Source of the DNA: Girardia tigrina
Lineage: Eukaryota
Reading direction: 5' to 3'
NCBI GenBank assembly: GCA_001938485.1
Contig: MQRK01218605.1
Coordinates: 8,834 to 72,833, forward strand
DNA length: 64,000 nucleotides
In this document: one piece after another, positions 1 to 11,700 of the stretch
Numbering within the stretch: the stretch's first letter is position 1
How the letters are laid out: each line of letters opens with the position of its first letter
The notes under the pieces: model-generated
The model's database searches: none
Seen by the model: only the letters and a program-made list of their open reading frames with translations
What the model was told of the DNA's origin: nothing
Program-made: the position numbers and the translations under genes

Positions 1-687
1 GAAGATCTGCTTGCTGAAATTCGTGCATTTCGACGGGAATTTAGCCTGGAGGTCCAAAAGATTAGCACTGTTTCTGATATCCTCCAGCTATTGGTGGAGT
101 TGAAAATGGTTGCATGTATATCAGAACTGTGTACAGCCTGTGTTCTCTTCATCACAATCCCTGTGACAGTAACAAGCTGCGAGCGGTCATTCTCTAAACT
201 GAAATTGATCAAGACATACCTCCGATCTACTATTTTCAAAGAACGGATGGCAGGACTGGCCCTACTGTCCATCGAAAATGAGCAAGCCAAGATCCTGAAC
301 AAAGATGAACTAATTACGGCTTTTGCTAACAAGAAGTCACGCCATGAAATTTTTTAACCTTTCTATTGACTTATTGCTGAGTGCTGAATATGTTATCAAC
401 TATTCATAATAACTGTGTGTCTGAGAATCTGTTGCGAATAAAAGTTGTCTGACTAGGGTATTTGTTTTGCTTTTCGTGACAGCCTGAGGCTAACAGATTA
501 CCGAACGAAAATTTTCTAAAACAATATTGTTAAAGCTGAAACAAGTGAGAGTAATTATTACAACCATATTTATGTAACGTTCCATCAAAATTAAGTGCTT
601 TCGTGAAAAATTTTGTAATGCGATAGGGGCAATAGGGCCCCACAAGCATTTTGTCCATGGGCCCCTGAGGGGAGCGCTACGCTACTG
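1..687 (+). mobile_element. hAT transposon 3' end (ZMYM1/Blackjack-like dimerisation domain plus TIR)
   Basis: IPVTVTSCERSFSKLKLIKTYLRST...LALLSIE is the hATC domain; the GC-rich end ...GCTACGCTACTG is the reverse complement of a CAG-type TIR. Confidence 0.85.
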
Positions 688-689
688 GC

Positions 690-1280
690 ACCATCCTGCT
701 GAAATTTGTCAAAATTATGAATTTGCATAAATAGCTTCAGTTTATTTTTCAAAACATATTTGTAAGTAGTGGTATTCATGGTTGTTTCTGGAGATACAAA
801 CTACAAAAGACCTCGGCCAAAAGCAGAAAGGGCATGGATGGATGCAGGAAGATGGATGCTTAATACAGTATGGTTTGTATATTGTGTATTAAATTTTTGG
901 CAAACTGGTCTCCTTACAAATGGTCTATAACTCTGAAACAATGAAAAACTAGATTCATCTGAAAACATTACTTTTCACCATTCAGCTTGAGTCCAGTGGC
1001 CATATTTCTTACAAAATGTAATACGATCGGTTCTGTTCATTTTACTCAAAAAGGGTTTTTGGTTACTTTAAAAGCACGAAGTTTAAATGTTACCTGCAAT
1101 CTTCGTCTTATACTTCTGCAACTTAACCAAATTTCAGGTAACTCTGCTTTGACTTCTGAAGCAGAGCAAAATGAATTCGCAACATACATTCTTATAATTA
1201 TACTATCATCTATTCTTGTACTTTGTCAAGGTTTCCAACATCATTTCTTCGTTCAATTTTCAGCAAATTTTTTCAAATTA
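690..1280 (-). mobile_element. Degenerate Tc1-like transposase fragment
   Basis: Minus-strand FQQDGA and FSDES-like motifs, with frameshifts; truncated at the hAT end. Confidence 0.65.
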
Positions 1281-1282
1281 TA

Positions 1283-1317
<35 letters not shown>

Positions 1318-1319
1318 GA

Positions 1320-2555
1320 TTCATAAGTCTGTTCACCCCCTCATATTTTGATTACTTATTTTCTAACTAAAAATTTGACGTCATATTAATTTTGAATATT
1401 TGTTTATATATAGTTTTTTATGCTACACATTTGAATTTATATGTTAAATATTGAAATTTTCATTAATGACTTATTTTTTTAAATTTTAGATAAATTAAAT
1501 GTCAAGAGTATTTAGTGAATTTGAGCGTGGAATGATTGTTGCGCTTAAAATGCAGAAAGTAAATGGAATCAAATAAAGGTCGAACTATTTACAAGATATA
1601 ATAGAAATATTTCAAAACGTGGAATGCAAAAAATATGGGCGAAGTATTTAAAAAAACAGGAGAAGTGAAAGATCAGCCACGTGGAGGCAGACCTCATAAA
1701 CTAAGCGCCAGATCAGAAAGAGTGATTAAACGCATAAGTCGTTTAAACAATGATATTTTCACGTTAAATATTACAGGGATATTTAATTCTTCTTCCTCAA
1801 TAGCCATAAGTAAGTCGAAATTCGAAAGGATTTTACAGAAATATGGAATACGGGAAATCAAAGCTGTAAAGAAACCTTTCTTTACCGCTAAACATAGACA
1901 AAGAAGAATGCAGTGGGCATCATTATATCAGAATTGGGATAAAAAACTTGGTATTCTATTATATTTAGCGATAAATGCATTTTCCAATGTTATAATCATC
2001 GTGGTAGACGTTGTATCAGACGAACTAGAAATGAAAGGCTCAAACTCGGAAACATCCATGAAACCATGAGTCACGGAGCCAAAGTTCATGTCTGGGGGTG
2101 CTTTTCGGTAAACGGGGTAGGTCTTCTTAGAAAAGTAGAAGGTTCAATGAATGCTCAAATGTACCTGGAAACTATAATACATGACATTGATATTATTGGA
2201 AAGTGCTTGGTATTTCCAAAACAACAATTAATTTTTCAGCAATATCTTGCACCATCACACCGTGCACTGTCGACATTTAATTTCTTAAAAAAGAAGGAAC
2301 TCGACCTTTTACTATGGCCAGGAAATTCACCAGACGCAAATCCTATCGAAAATGTATGGGGACTTTCAAAAAAGAAATTAGAAACGATAAGGTGCATATC
2401 GTCAGAACAGCTGTGGGTGGCTGTTCAAAAAATATGGTACGAACTATAAAAGACTATTGTAAAAGTCTTGTTGAATCCATACCTAGGCGATTAAAATGGT
2501 AAAGGACATGAAAGGACATTCAACTAAGTATTGAAAGTTCCACGTAATAAAAGTT
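1320..2555 (+). mobile_element. Degenerate Tc1 (DD34E-type) transposon
   Basis: PRGGRPHKLS, VHVWGCFS..GVG and WPGNSPDANPIENVW motifs spread over frameshifted ORFs 1635-2502. Confidence 0.9.
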
Positions 2556-2559
2556 TTGT

Positions 2560-2612
<53 letters not shown>

Positions 2613-2682
2613 NNNNNNNNNNNNNNNNNNNNNNNNNNNNNNNNNNNNNNNNNNNNNNNNNNATATATATATATATATATAT

Positions 2683-3444
2683 ATATAACATGTATATTAA
2701 AATGTTCACTTTTTGAAAGGTTGATAAGGTAATGGTTGATACAATTAGGGTTACTTTTTATTGCTGTTAAGGTAGATTTGTAGCTTTTTATATACAAATG
2801 GCTGTTCATGAGGTGATTTTGATGGTTGATGGTTGTTAAGGTATATTTGATAGCTGATATGGTACTTTTAATGGTTGATACGATATTGGTTGATAACATA
2901 GTATAACATAATACATATCTATAATATAATATTTGCACACATAATTTTCATATATTCGAAAAGCAGTAGATATCGATTTTTTCAAAAATGTTTTTATTGA
3001 ATCTGACTATTCATATATGAGTTACTTTCCATGTGTTCAAACAGATTTTTCATATTTTGCTTTCTTCACCTTCTGTCTAGGCTATACCCTGTGAGAGTTC
3101 TCTACCACTTTGCACTGTAAAACACAACATCCCAATAATCGATTAGTGTACGTTTCTTCAAAAATCTAAGATCATATTCCGACTATTAATCTATGGGTTT
3201 CTATATGTGTTCAGACAGATTTTCGATATCTTACTACCTTCGACTTCTGCCTCACTTTAAGCTATATTATATTAAAACATGAATATATTGCACTTTGCAC
3301 AATTGTGAACTTATAGATTTTGCACTCCTGCACTAAGCCTAGGCAGCACATGTTGATTGACAAGTGCAGTATTGATTTTTGCACTTTTTGTGTAATTTTG
3401 GTGGTTTTTACATGTTTTCGATGATTTCTAAGGTGTTTTCGACT

Positions 3445-3450
<6 letters not shown>
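2683..3450. repeat. Dispersed repeat with GGTTGAT-type tandem motifs between (TA)n tracts; second copy at ~45520-46300
   Basis: Shared blocks such as TATTCGAAAAGCAGTAGATATCGATTT, TCCATGT(G/A)TTCAAACAGATTTT and CACTTTGCACAATTGTGAA occur in both copies. Confidence 0.75.
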
Positions 3451-3484
<34 letters not shown>

Positions 3485-4088
3485 NNNNNNNNNNNNNNNN
3501 NNNNNNNNNNNNNNNNNNNNNNNNNNNNNNNNNNNNNNNNNNNNNNNNNNNNNNNNNNNNNNNNNNNNNNNNNNNNNNNNNNNNNNNNNNNNNNNNNNNN
3601 NNNNNNNNNNNNNNNNNNNNNNNNNNNNNNNNNNNNNNNNNNNNNNNNNNNNNNNNNNNNNNNNNNNNNNNNNNNNNNNNNNNNNNNNNNNNNNNNNNNN
3701 NNNNNNNNNNNNNNNNNNNNNNNNNNNNNNNNNNNNNNNNNNNNNNNNNNNNNNNNNNNNNNNNNNNNNNNNNNNNNNNNNNNNNNNNNNNNNNNNNNNN
3801 NNNNNNNNNNNNNNNNNNNNNNNNNNNNNNNNNNNNNNNNNNNNNNNNNNNNNNNNNNNNNNNNNNNNNNNNNNNNNNNNNNNNNNNNNNNNNNNNNNNN
3901 NNNNNNNNNNNNNNNNNNNNNNNNNNNNNNNNNNNNNNNNNNNNNNNNNNNNNNNNNNNNNNNNNNNNNNNNNNNNNNNNNNNNNNNNNNNNNNNNNNNN
4001 NNNNNNNNNNNNNNNNNNNNNNNNNNNNNNNNNNNNNNNNNNNNNNNNNNNNNNNNNNNNNNNNNNNNNNNNNNNNNNNNNNNNNNNN

Positions 4089-4225
4089 ACTCAACAAGCT
4101 GTTAGCAATCGCCTCAGGCAGATGGGAAAGATTCATAAGATCGGCCGATGGGTACCATATCAATTGAACGATAGGCAGATGGAGAGTCGCAAAACCACTT
4201 GTGAAAAATAGAAAAAACACTTGAG
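4089..4225 (+). mobile_element. Mariner (Mos1-like) transposase fragment next to a gap
   Basis: Translates TQQAVSNRLRQMGKIHKIGRWVP, the mariner second HTH and WVPHEL region. Confidence 0.8.
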
Positions 4226-4465
4226 TAGGTCACTTAGAATTGTAAAAAATCAACGGATAAATAGATCGATTCAAAAATGTTGAAATTAGTACAAATATAT
4301 AAACAAAAATATTATTCTAAGATACTTAAATAACATTTTTGCATGTTTATAGCTGTATTCTTAATTACCACAGCATAAATTAAAAATTAAGGTTAATAAA
4401 CACAGGCACAAATAGAAATTTATTAATTGATAAAAATTATGGCTAAAACACGACACCAAGACTCT

Positions 4466-4830
4466 AATGTTCGTGTATACGAACAATTTTTTAAGACAAA
4501 AAGTCGATATGAAAAACACAGCTAGTTGATAAATTCTAGTGTGCTATGTTTCTATCAGAATGAACTTTTTTCACAGCGATTATATTTTGATTCTATTCAT
4601 ATTTCAAGAAAATGTAATCAAAAAACGTATTTCTTTAAAATAAACACGTTTTTCATTTTTTTAAGGTTTACCTTAAAAACCCAATGTTCTGCTACCATCA
4701 ACTTTATTTAAAAGAGTAGAGATGTGTATTATACATAAAAACTCAATATTTTCTAAAAATGCTTTATCGTTTTAGTATTATTCTACTCCAAAATAATGTT
4801 CGTGTAAACGAACACTGGAAAAAAGGTTAA
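4466..4830. mobile_element. piggyBac-like MITE remnant (one end: ...GGAAAAAAGG-TTAA)
   Basis: Two palindromic TGTTCGTGTA(T/A)ACGAACA motifs (4468-4485, 4797-4814); terminal GG followed by TTAA. Confidence 0.55.
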
Positions 4831-4884
4831 AGTATATTTACTTAAGAAATGAATGATGAAGTGGTCTTCTAACTATAAAAATGC

Positions 4885-4921
4885 AGAACTGATGATGCCA
4901 TGTAGGTGAAATATGTTTTCT
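4885..4921 (+). ncRNA. Degenerate minimal type I hammerhead ribozyme motif (Penelope-like)
   Basis: AGAA-CTGATGA-T-GCC-ATGTA-GGT-GAAA-TATGTT-TTCT: core boxes, short stem II, 4-bp stem I, followed by AATAAA. Confidence 0.45.
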
Positions 4922-5075
4922 CTAAATAAATATTTAAAATGGCATAAAAAATAAAACTAATAAATTTCATTTTCCATTGGTTTAATGCTTTAATTCAAAA
5001 AAATATTTAAATTATTGACGAAATGCACAAACATTAATCTTAATAATAATTGTTCAAAATTATTAAATATCTTAC

Positions 5076-5221
5076 GGGTCATCTAAAAATTGAAACCATT
5101 CTCTGATACTAACGGCACCCATGAATAGGAAAAAAACCAAACGCCCAAGACATAAAAAATGAGGTGGAGGAATCCAGAGAACAAATTTTAAATAGAATGT
5201 GTTCAATTCCGCAAGTAAAAA
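5076..5221 (-). CDS. PTDSS2: PTDSS2 coding exon 9 ([16 protein letters not shown]...FLDDP)
   Basis: 146 nt after a 49-bp intron with an AAG acceptor; GTAAG donor at 5075. Confidence 0.94.
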
Positions 5222-5766
5222 CTTTAAAAAAAATTAAATGAATATTTAAGATATAATGAATATATTTTACCATTGCCATAAGTATAAGAGCACCAATCCA
5301 ACGCCCTAAACTATCAGCGGGTCGCCAATCAAAGTCTGTCCACCTATGTGGGGTGAATTGCAAAACTATTCGTTTTAATTTTCCTCTAAAAATAATTTAA
5401 ACTACATAATTATATAATATAGACTGAAATATAAATTGAAATTGAATTTTATATTTTTTGTAATTTATTACAATTTTCATTTTTAAAAAAATTTATTTTA
5501 CAAATTTTAAATTATATTAAAACTATAAGTTTAAGAAAATAACACTGAAATGTAATTGTCTGAGACTTAATTGTCGTGACCCCGACTTTTGATAATGATT
5601 TAATAATCATAACAAAAATTATAAACAGTTTACTTAAAAAGTAAAAATTTAATAATTACATTAGATAATATTAATTTACAATGTGGGCTTTTTTCAGTGT
5701 GGGTTTTTTCGATGTGGGTTTTTTTTCAGTGGACTATTTTGGTGTGGGCTTTTTTATTGAAACCAA

Positions 5767-5798
<32 letters not shown>

Positions 5799-8700
5799 TA
5801 TAGTGATAAATATAGTGATCACTATAAATAGTGATTGAAATGTGGAAAAAAGTTTTATTTAATATACGGCAAGTAGTTCTTTTCTCGTTACGCAATACCC
5901 TTTTTCGTGAGTATCCATCGAATGTGAGCAAGAGATGGACGATTGTGACCTGAACCCAACCAGGTATCGGGTCGGATTCGGGTGGGTTACCGATTTGTTA
6001 CTTCGGGTTGAGTCGGGTTGGGTTACAGTTTAGAAAATTGGGTTGAGTTCAGTTTGACAAATATCTGATTAATCACAAAGTTATATAACTTCACAAAGTT
6101 TACATTCGTATTAATTCGGGTTGTTATAAAATACAGTCGGGTCGGGTCGGGTTAGGTACGAATTTGACTCATGAAATTTCGGGTCGGGTTGAGAAACTTT
6201 TTACGATGAACACCCATTTCTAATGTGAACCATACTCAATAACCTGTTTTCTTCCCGATTCACCTACTTGTGATAATACTACTATACTACAAAAACTGGC
6301 ATCTGTATCTAAAATGATAATGTTAGAATCAGAACTGTCACGAGTACTTTCTGCATATTGTGAAAAGCTTTTTCAGGCGTGTCTGTCCATACCAGTTTAT
6401 CTTTGGTCGATCCGCATAACCTTCTAATACACTGACTTTTTTTGAGTATCCATTTATTAATCGTATATAATAACTGCAAATTCCTAGAAAGCTTCTCAGA
6501 CTCTTCACGCAGTTTGGTCTCTGGAATTCTTCAATTACTTTAATTTTGTTCAGATCCGTGTGAATACCTTTTCTATTCACTACGTGTCATAAAAACTCTT
6601 TCTCATCTCTTAAAAAATAACCTAACCTAACCCATCAATTCTTATATTTTAGGCATCTGGTACGCTTGTCTTGACGAAATTTGATTTAGGTAACTGAAAT
6701 CCATAAATAATCTTATAATTAATCTTATCTATGTTCTTTTGAACGCACACACTAGCGGTGTGTTCAACAGCGAATTGCAACGTCAATTTTTGCGTTTTTT
6801 CCAAATTTCTTATAACATCTTCTAGTTTCGTTTGTAGATGTTCTGGTTGTCATCGAGAATTAATAATTATCGGTTTACCAGCCGCTTTGATTTTATGTTG
6901 TATAGGTTATTTCTGCCGCTGTCCCAGTAATTTCCCATGAATATATTCTTGAATTGAGTGATTAACCATTTTAATTTTTTCCCATCTAAATCTATTTTTT
7001 GCTTCGTTTAGTATCTGTTAATCTGTTATTACATCTTAAAATTTTACTTCAAGTTCATAAATCAGGTGAACTTTTTGAAATTCACATTTTTATCTTTCCG
7101 TTAACCGAAACTCTTCTGTAAAGACACACCTCAAATCATTAGTTGCTTTACCAAAAAATAATTTTTTTATACTTTTATACTTTTAATTTAAAGTTTCCGC
7201 CTAAATTTATTATTTATAAAGAAATTTATAAAGAACAAAAAATTTAAATATCAATTTCTCAAAGTATAAAAATTAAAAAATTTATTTTTCAATTAAATTT
7301 ACATATTCGCAATAAATTTAAACAAAATAAGTCAAAGTTTGTTATAGTTCATGCAACATTTTAAAATTATGTATAAAATAAAATAAACTAACTTGTATCC
7401 TGGTATTTTCCACATACTTCGCCAATGATAAGGTTTCATACTAAGATAATTCAGTGTTTTCATTCCTAAATAAATTCCAAACAAATTGCAAACCAAAAAA
7501 TCCATGATCCACTGAAAAAGCAATATATATATATATATATATATATGTAATATGAATTTTATAAATTCAAATAGCAATAAATTATTTGAACAACATATTC
7601 CAATTAAAGCTATTTAATTCATATTTCTCTTATTGTTTTATCGTGTTGTGTATTTAGTAAGTCATTAGACTGATATCAAATTAAGAATAAATATTTTTTT
7701 TAATTTAGTTGCTTACTGTAAAGAATACTAAGTTTGTTTTACTCAATTATTTTTTATATCATAGTGTAACACCAAAACAATCAAAATCATGATTGTACTG
7801 ATCGAAGTGTAATATTGATTGTAATATCGAAGTTCAATAAAATTCAGCTAAAATTAATTCACGAGAAGCCATCATTCCAGATTAATTAAGGAACTTACCA
7901 CCACAGGTGCTGATTCTAAACATTTGCTAGGACATGAAGAATGTTGTGCACGTACATTTTTCTGACTAATCAGTTAAGATTAATTCTAAATACTTCAACA
8001 ATCTTGTAGCAACTACCAAAAGAAAAGGATAAAGTTAGCCGAAATGCCGTATGGCTTTTTACATTAATATGCACAAGGTCACATAGCATATATTTATCAG
8101 ACCGGAATGGAATATATTGGCATGATGCTTCTTTTTCATTGCTGTTATCACCAGATTATACTACCGCTTTGGAAATTTAATGAATCTTCTACAATGGAAA
8201 ATATTTACAAGAGTCAATAAATTACTGTACACAGTCGAAATCATAAAGTATTAAACAAATTTCTTCGAACATATATTTCTGGAAATCCTACATAGATGGC
8301 AGAAATGTATGAATCAAGAGGTCATACATAGACAAGTGAATTTCTACAGATTAGTTTCGTAGCTTATATATCAAAGTAATTATTATGTAATAAATAATAT
8401 CGTCAGGCTTTATTTGAAAATGTTTATTATAGAAGTTGAATATTAAATTTTGATCTTATTAGATTGGGTCTCTCTTTTACTAATCTTTAATATTAATTTT
8501 TAATCGATTATACAGAATTTGAATATTATTTTAATCTATTATCATAGGTGGTGCACCCAATAAGTCTTGAGACTAATATAGAAAAAAAATAATAGTAAAA
8601 AAATTAATACAGACGTATTTAAACTTCAATATATATGTTATTCCGAATTTGTGTAATTGTCGAATTCGTGAATTCCGCAACAGTTTGTTGAAAGTGTAAT

Positions 8701-11700
8701 TGCCGAATTCACGAACTATATGATAAATTTTTATTTTAATATGACAATTTCTCAATTAAAAATGAAAAATTATGTATTTAATATAAAATATCAATTTAAT
8801 ATGAAAAATATTAATTTAATATGAAAAAATCAATTTATTAGATTTTCCTAAAAGTTCCCGGTCAATAATGAAAATACAATTTTTTTAAATTTCTTTTTGA
8901 TATTATTTATTTGATATTGATATATATCGATTTATTTATAGCATTATATGGATTACGAGATTACAAAGCTTGAAATCCGTGTGTTGCTGCGTCACTATTG
9001 GAAGAAAGGCTTGATAACACGAGATGCTGTCAAAGCAATTTGCAAAGTTGAAGGTACACAAACGGTCGGAAAAGGTGCGGCTTTAATTCTTTTTACTTTA
9101 AAATTAAATTAAATTATTTTCAATTAGTAGAAATCAAAGAAAATACTAATCATCCATCTGGGTAGGAGAGACACAATCCGAATCAACATACAACATGCAC
9201 AATATCAACAAACAATTCAAAACATTACTCACAACACGTTATGATTGTTTAAATTCCAATCCAAATCTCATGAAAAACTATATTACTTCTTTGGTATCAA
9301 CTTAAGATTAGTCGAAAAAAATATGTTAAGCATGATAAAATTTCGTAAATTTAATTAAAAAAAATAAAATTATTTAATCGTCGGAAATTAAAAGAAAGTA
9401 AAATGAATTATTAATACTACATTTATTTTTATTATACGGGTTTGAGACTTAAGAAATTAGGAAATAAATAAATTTAATCTCGATTAAATTTGTTTAAATA
9501 AAAGTAATAGACGTTTTTGTGGATTAATAAAACTTGAAAAACTGATGTCGGCTTTTAATATTGACAACGTGGAAGATATTCCAAAAGCATCTAACAGCCA
9601 TCATCAATGATCATTCTACCGGTACAGCGTCGGTTTTGGCCGACACCGGCTCGGCCATATCCGTTTTACTCCGATCGAAAATAAAACTTCCAAAATGCTC
9701 ATTTTTTAACCCAGTGTTGTATTGTTGGGACACGTCCTATCACAAGATGACATCTTTCCACTGCCAGATCATATCTGTAGTGCCCTACTTACTGACACTA
9801 CATGACTGTTTTGTTTGTATGTCTTTTGACCTTTGTGCTGCTTTCGTTTTTTCTTGTACAAAGTCTTGGTTTCGCTAGCTGTTTTTATTTTTTTGTACAT
9901 AAATTTTCCTGTGTGTGATGAATGTGATGTATATTGTTTTTTTTTGATGTTATTTTTGAAAGATTAGTGATTCATTAAGCCAATGATCTCGAGTCTCAAT
10001 TCTTTGTCACAATTAAAGAAAATAAATCAGAAGGAACTACTTAAAGAATTATGTGTGAAAGAATTATGCGAAGGACCTATATTTTCCTTGCCAGAATTCA
10101 AATCATTTTTTTTGATTGAGTTTTGATTTATTATATAGTGATTCTAAGATATCGTCTATGTCAACAGAAATAGAAAAATAGAAAATAGAAATTTAGTTAT
10201 GAAAGCAAAAATGTTTCTTAAATAAATCGAATTCCAATTTTGTTACTGAAAATTTAAAAAATGATATCGATAATAAAAAATCTAAGTCCTTACCCAGTAT
10301 AAAGGAAATTGAACAATGAAAAAGTAATCTTGAAAACGATTTCGTTAATTTTGAAAGACAATATTTTAAGTTTGGATAAATCAAGTAATTTAATAACATC
10401 ATTAAAAAAAAATTACATCAGTTTTAAATCAATGTTCGAAGGGTGATTTAAATATTTTGAGATCCAATGACAAGGGTATTTATGAAGGTATTTGTCACCA
10501 AATTGTTAGTTGGCCTTTAGATCATTACAAATCTANNNNNNNNNNNNNNNNNNNNNNNNNNNNNNNNNNNNNNNNNNNNNNNNNNNNNGATTATTATGTA
10601 CGTAATAGAAATAGGAATGATTCAGCGCAAGACATAAGTTCTTCAAAATATTTTAACAATCAGCTTATTAATGTCGATGTATCCAGAAAAATGACAACCG
10701 AAGAGAAGTTACAATTACATTAAGAAAATGGTTGATAATTATCAAATGACTTTATTAAAATGAAAGAATTAATCAGGAAATCAATAAACTGATATGGATT
10801 AAACAATTAAAAATAATTACTAACTTACCGATGATTATGCGAAAGACGCTGGCATGCATTTGTGGACTTTCACTATCTGTATAAAAAAAATTATTTGAAT
10901 AAGGTGATATTTTTTTTTGTTGTTCCTTTCCTTGTGTACTTAACATTAAAAGTTATTAACTGTTAGCGTTCTTTTATTTAATTATTTCTACTTAGTTGTT
11001 AGTAAGATTTGCTATTTCATAGTTATCGAAATAGTAAATCTTACAATATCAAAGCTATCACCGAGTTTCCCTGACCAGAAACGGTTACCGCCTTGCGTAG
11101 TTTCCTAGGGATGGTCAACTACTGCCATATGTTCGTCTGTCACATCTCAGAGACGTTAACTCTGCTCACGGACATGTCTTGTAGTTCGAAGAAACAACGC
11201 CTAGCCTGGTAAGGAAATGTGATAACGGCTTTCAAACAAATCAAACAATATTTTGCACAGACAACTTCCCTTCACTATCCAGATGTGTCATTGCCGATCA
11301 CATTAACAATAGACGCATCCAGCATCACGAAAGGAGCCGTTTTGACGCAAGTGCGCGACAATAAACCCGAACCTTTAGAGGTTTTCTCACACAAACTCTG
11401 GCCCGCACAGACCCGGTATTCAACATTCGACAGATAACTTTCTGTCGGTAAAACATTTCGAAAGTTCCTCAAGAAAAATTGTTTAAATAATTTTTATTTG
11501 TATTATTAATAAAAATTTGGTGTTAATGAATTATAATCTTGATCAAAAACCCAACATGTCGACCATCACCAGCAGCTCCGAACAACTAATTTCGAGGCTC
11601 ATACCAGACAAATTTAAGCTATAAGATAATGTGAAAACATTCATTTCGGCTTGCGCAAGATACTTCAAAGTGGCCGAAGTATCGGAAAGTATGCAAGAGA

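Noticed and set aside
2483-4220. Long ORFs with IYIYIY and X runs (also 38347-38853, 45696-46001, 50866-51152)
   Set aside because: Artefacts of (TA)n microsatellites and N gaps.
1-5075. Terminal PTDSS2 exon(s)
   Set aside because: No minus-strand match to the expected C-terminal segment; it probably lies before base 1 or within the 3485-4088 gap.
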